NCBI GenBank assembly: GCA_003971905.1 | Contig: RSEE01000005.1 | Location: forward strand, 310,001 to 374,000 | Origin: Moniliella sp. 'wahieum' | Taxonomy: Eukaryota | Length of the DNA stretch: 64,000 bases | Reading direction: 5' to 3' | Shown: in pieces, positions 63,872 through 64,000 of the stretch | How the letters are laid out: each line of letters starts with the position of its first letter | Position numbering within the stretch: position 1 is the stretch's first letter | The notes under the pieces: generated by a model | Seen by the model: only the letters and a program-made list of their open reading frames with translations | The model's database searches: none | What the model was told of the DNA's origin: nothing | Program-made: the position numbers and the translations under genes

Positions 63872-64000
63872 GCCTTTCGCTCCTTTGCACGTTGACGCTT
63901 GGCCTTACGCTTCTCGGCAGCAGAAAGGTGGCCGTGATGCTCATTAGGCTGGGGGGGAGACAGTGGCGCTGGCTCCGGCGCATCTTGTACACGAAGTGTG

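Overview
Eukaryotic, GC-rich, gene-dense fungal DNA with few short GT-AG introns. It looks like a basidiomycete, most consistent with Ustilaginomycotina (inference). About 24 protein-coding loci are present. Recognisable ones: glycogenin, mitochondrial ribosomal proteins mL49 and mL54, Mpv17/Sym1, a sugar porter, CDC37, HSP104, LTO1, an F-box/WD-like protein, TEM1/spg1, an amino-acid permease, PPN1, ZRC1/COT1, PRMT5/Skb1, NOP9, a small secreted Cys-rich protein, a perilipin-like protein, RPS7, an ABM-family protein and SCS7. Nearly every gene, including essential ones, is broken by single-base indels. I read this as unpolished long-read error rather than pseudogenisation, so CDS ends are approximate. 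The most striking unexplained signal is non-coding. About 20 intergenic clusters, mostly on the promoter side of genes, follow one grammar: T(C/G)A plus a 4-bp palindrome, repeated with a 7-bp period. At least 12 of the 16 possible 4-bp palindromes are used, and different palindromes switch within one array without losing register. Also seen: an inverted pair of a ~120-134 bp TIR element flanking PPN1, a second dispersed repeat family, and active-site substitutions in PRMT5 and TEM1.
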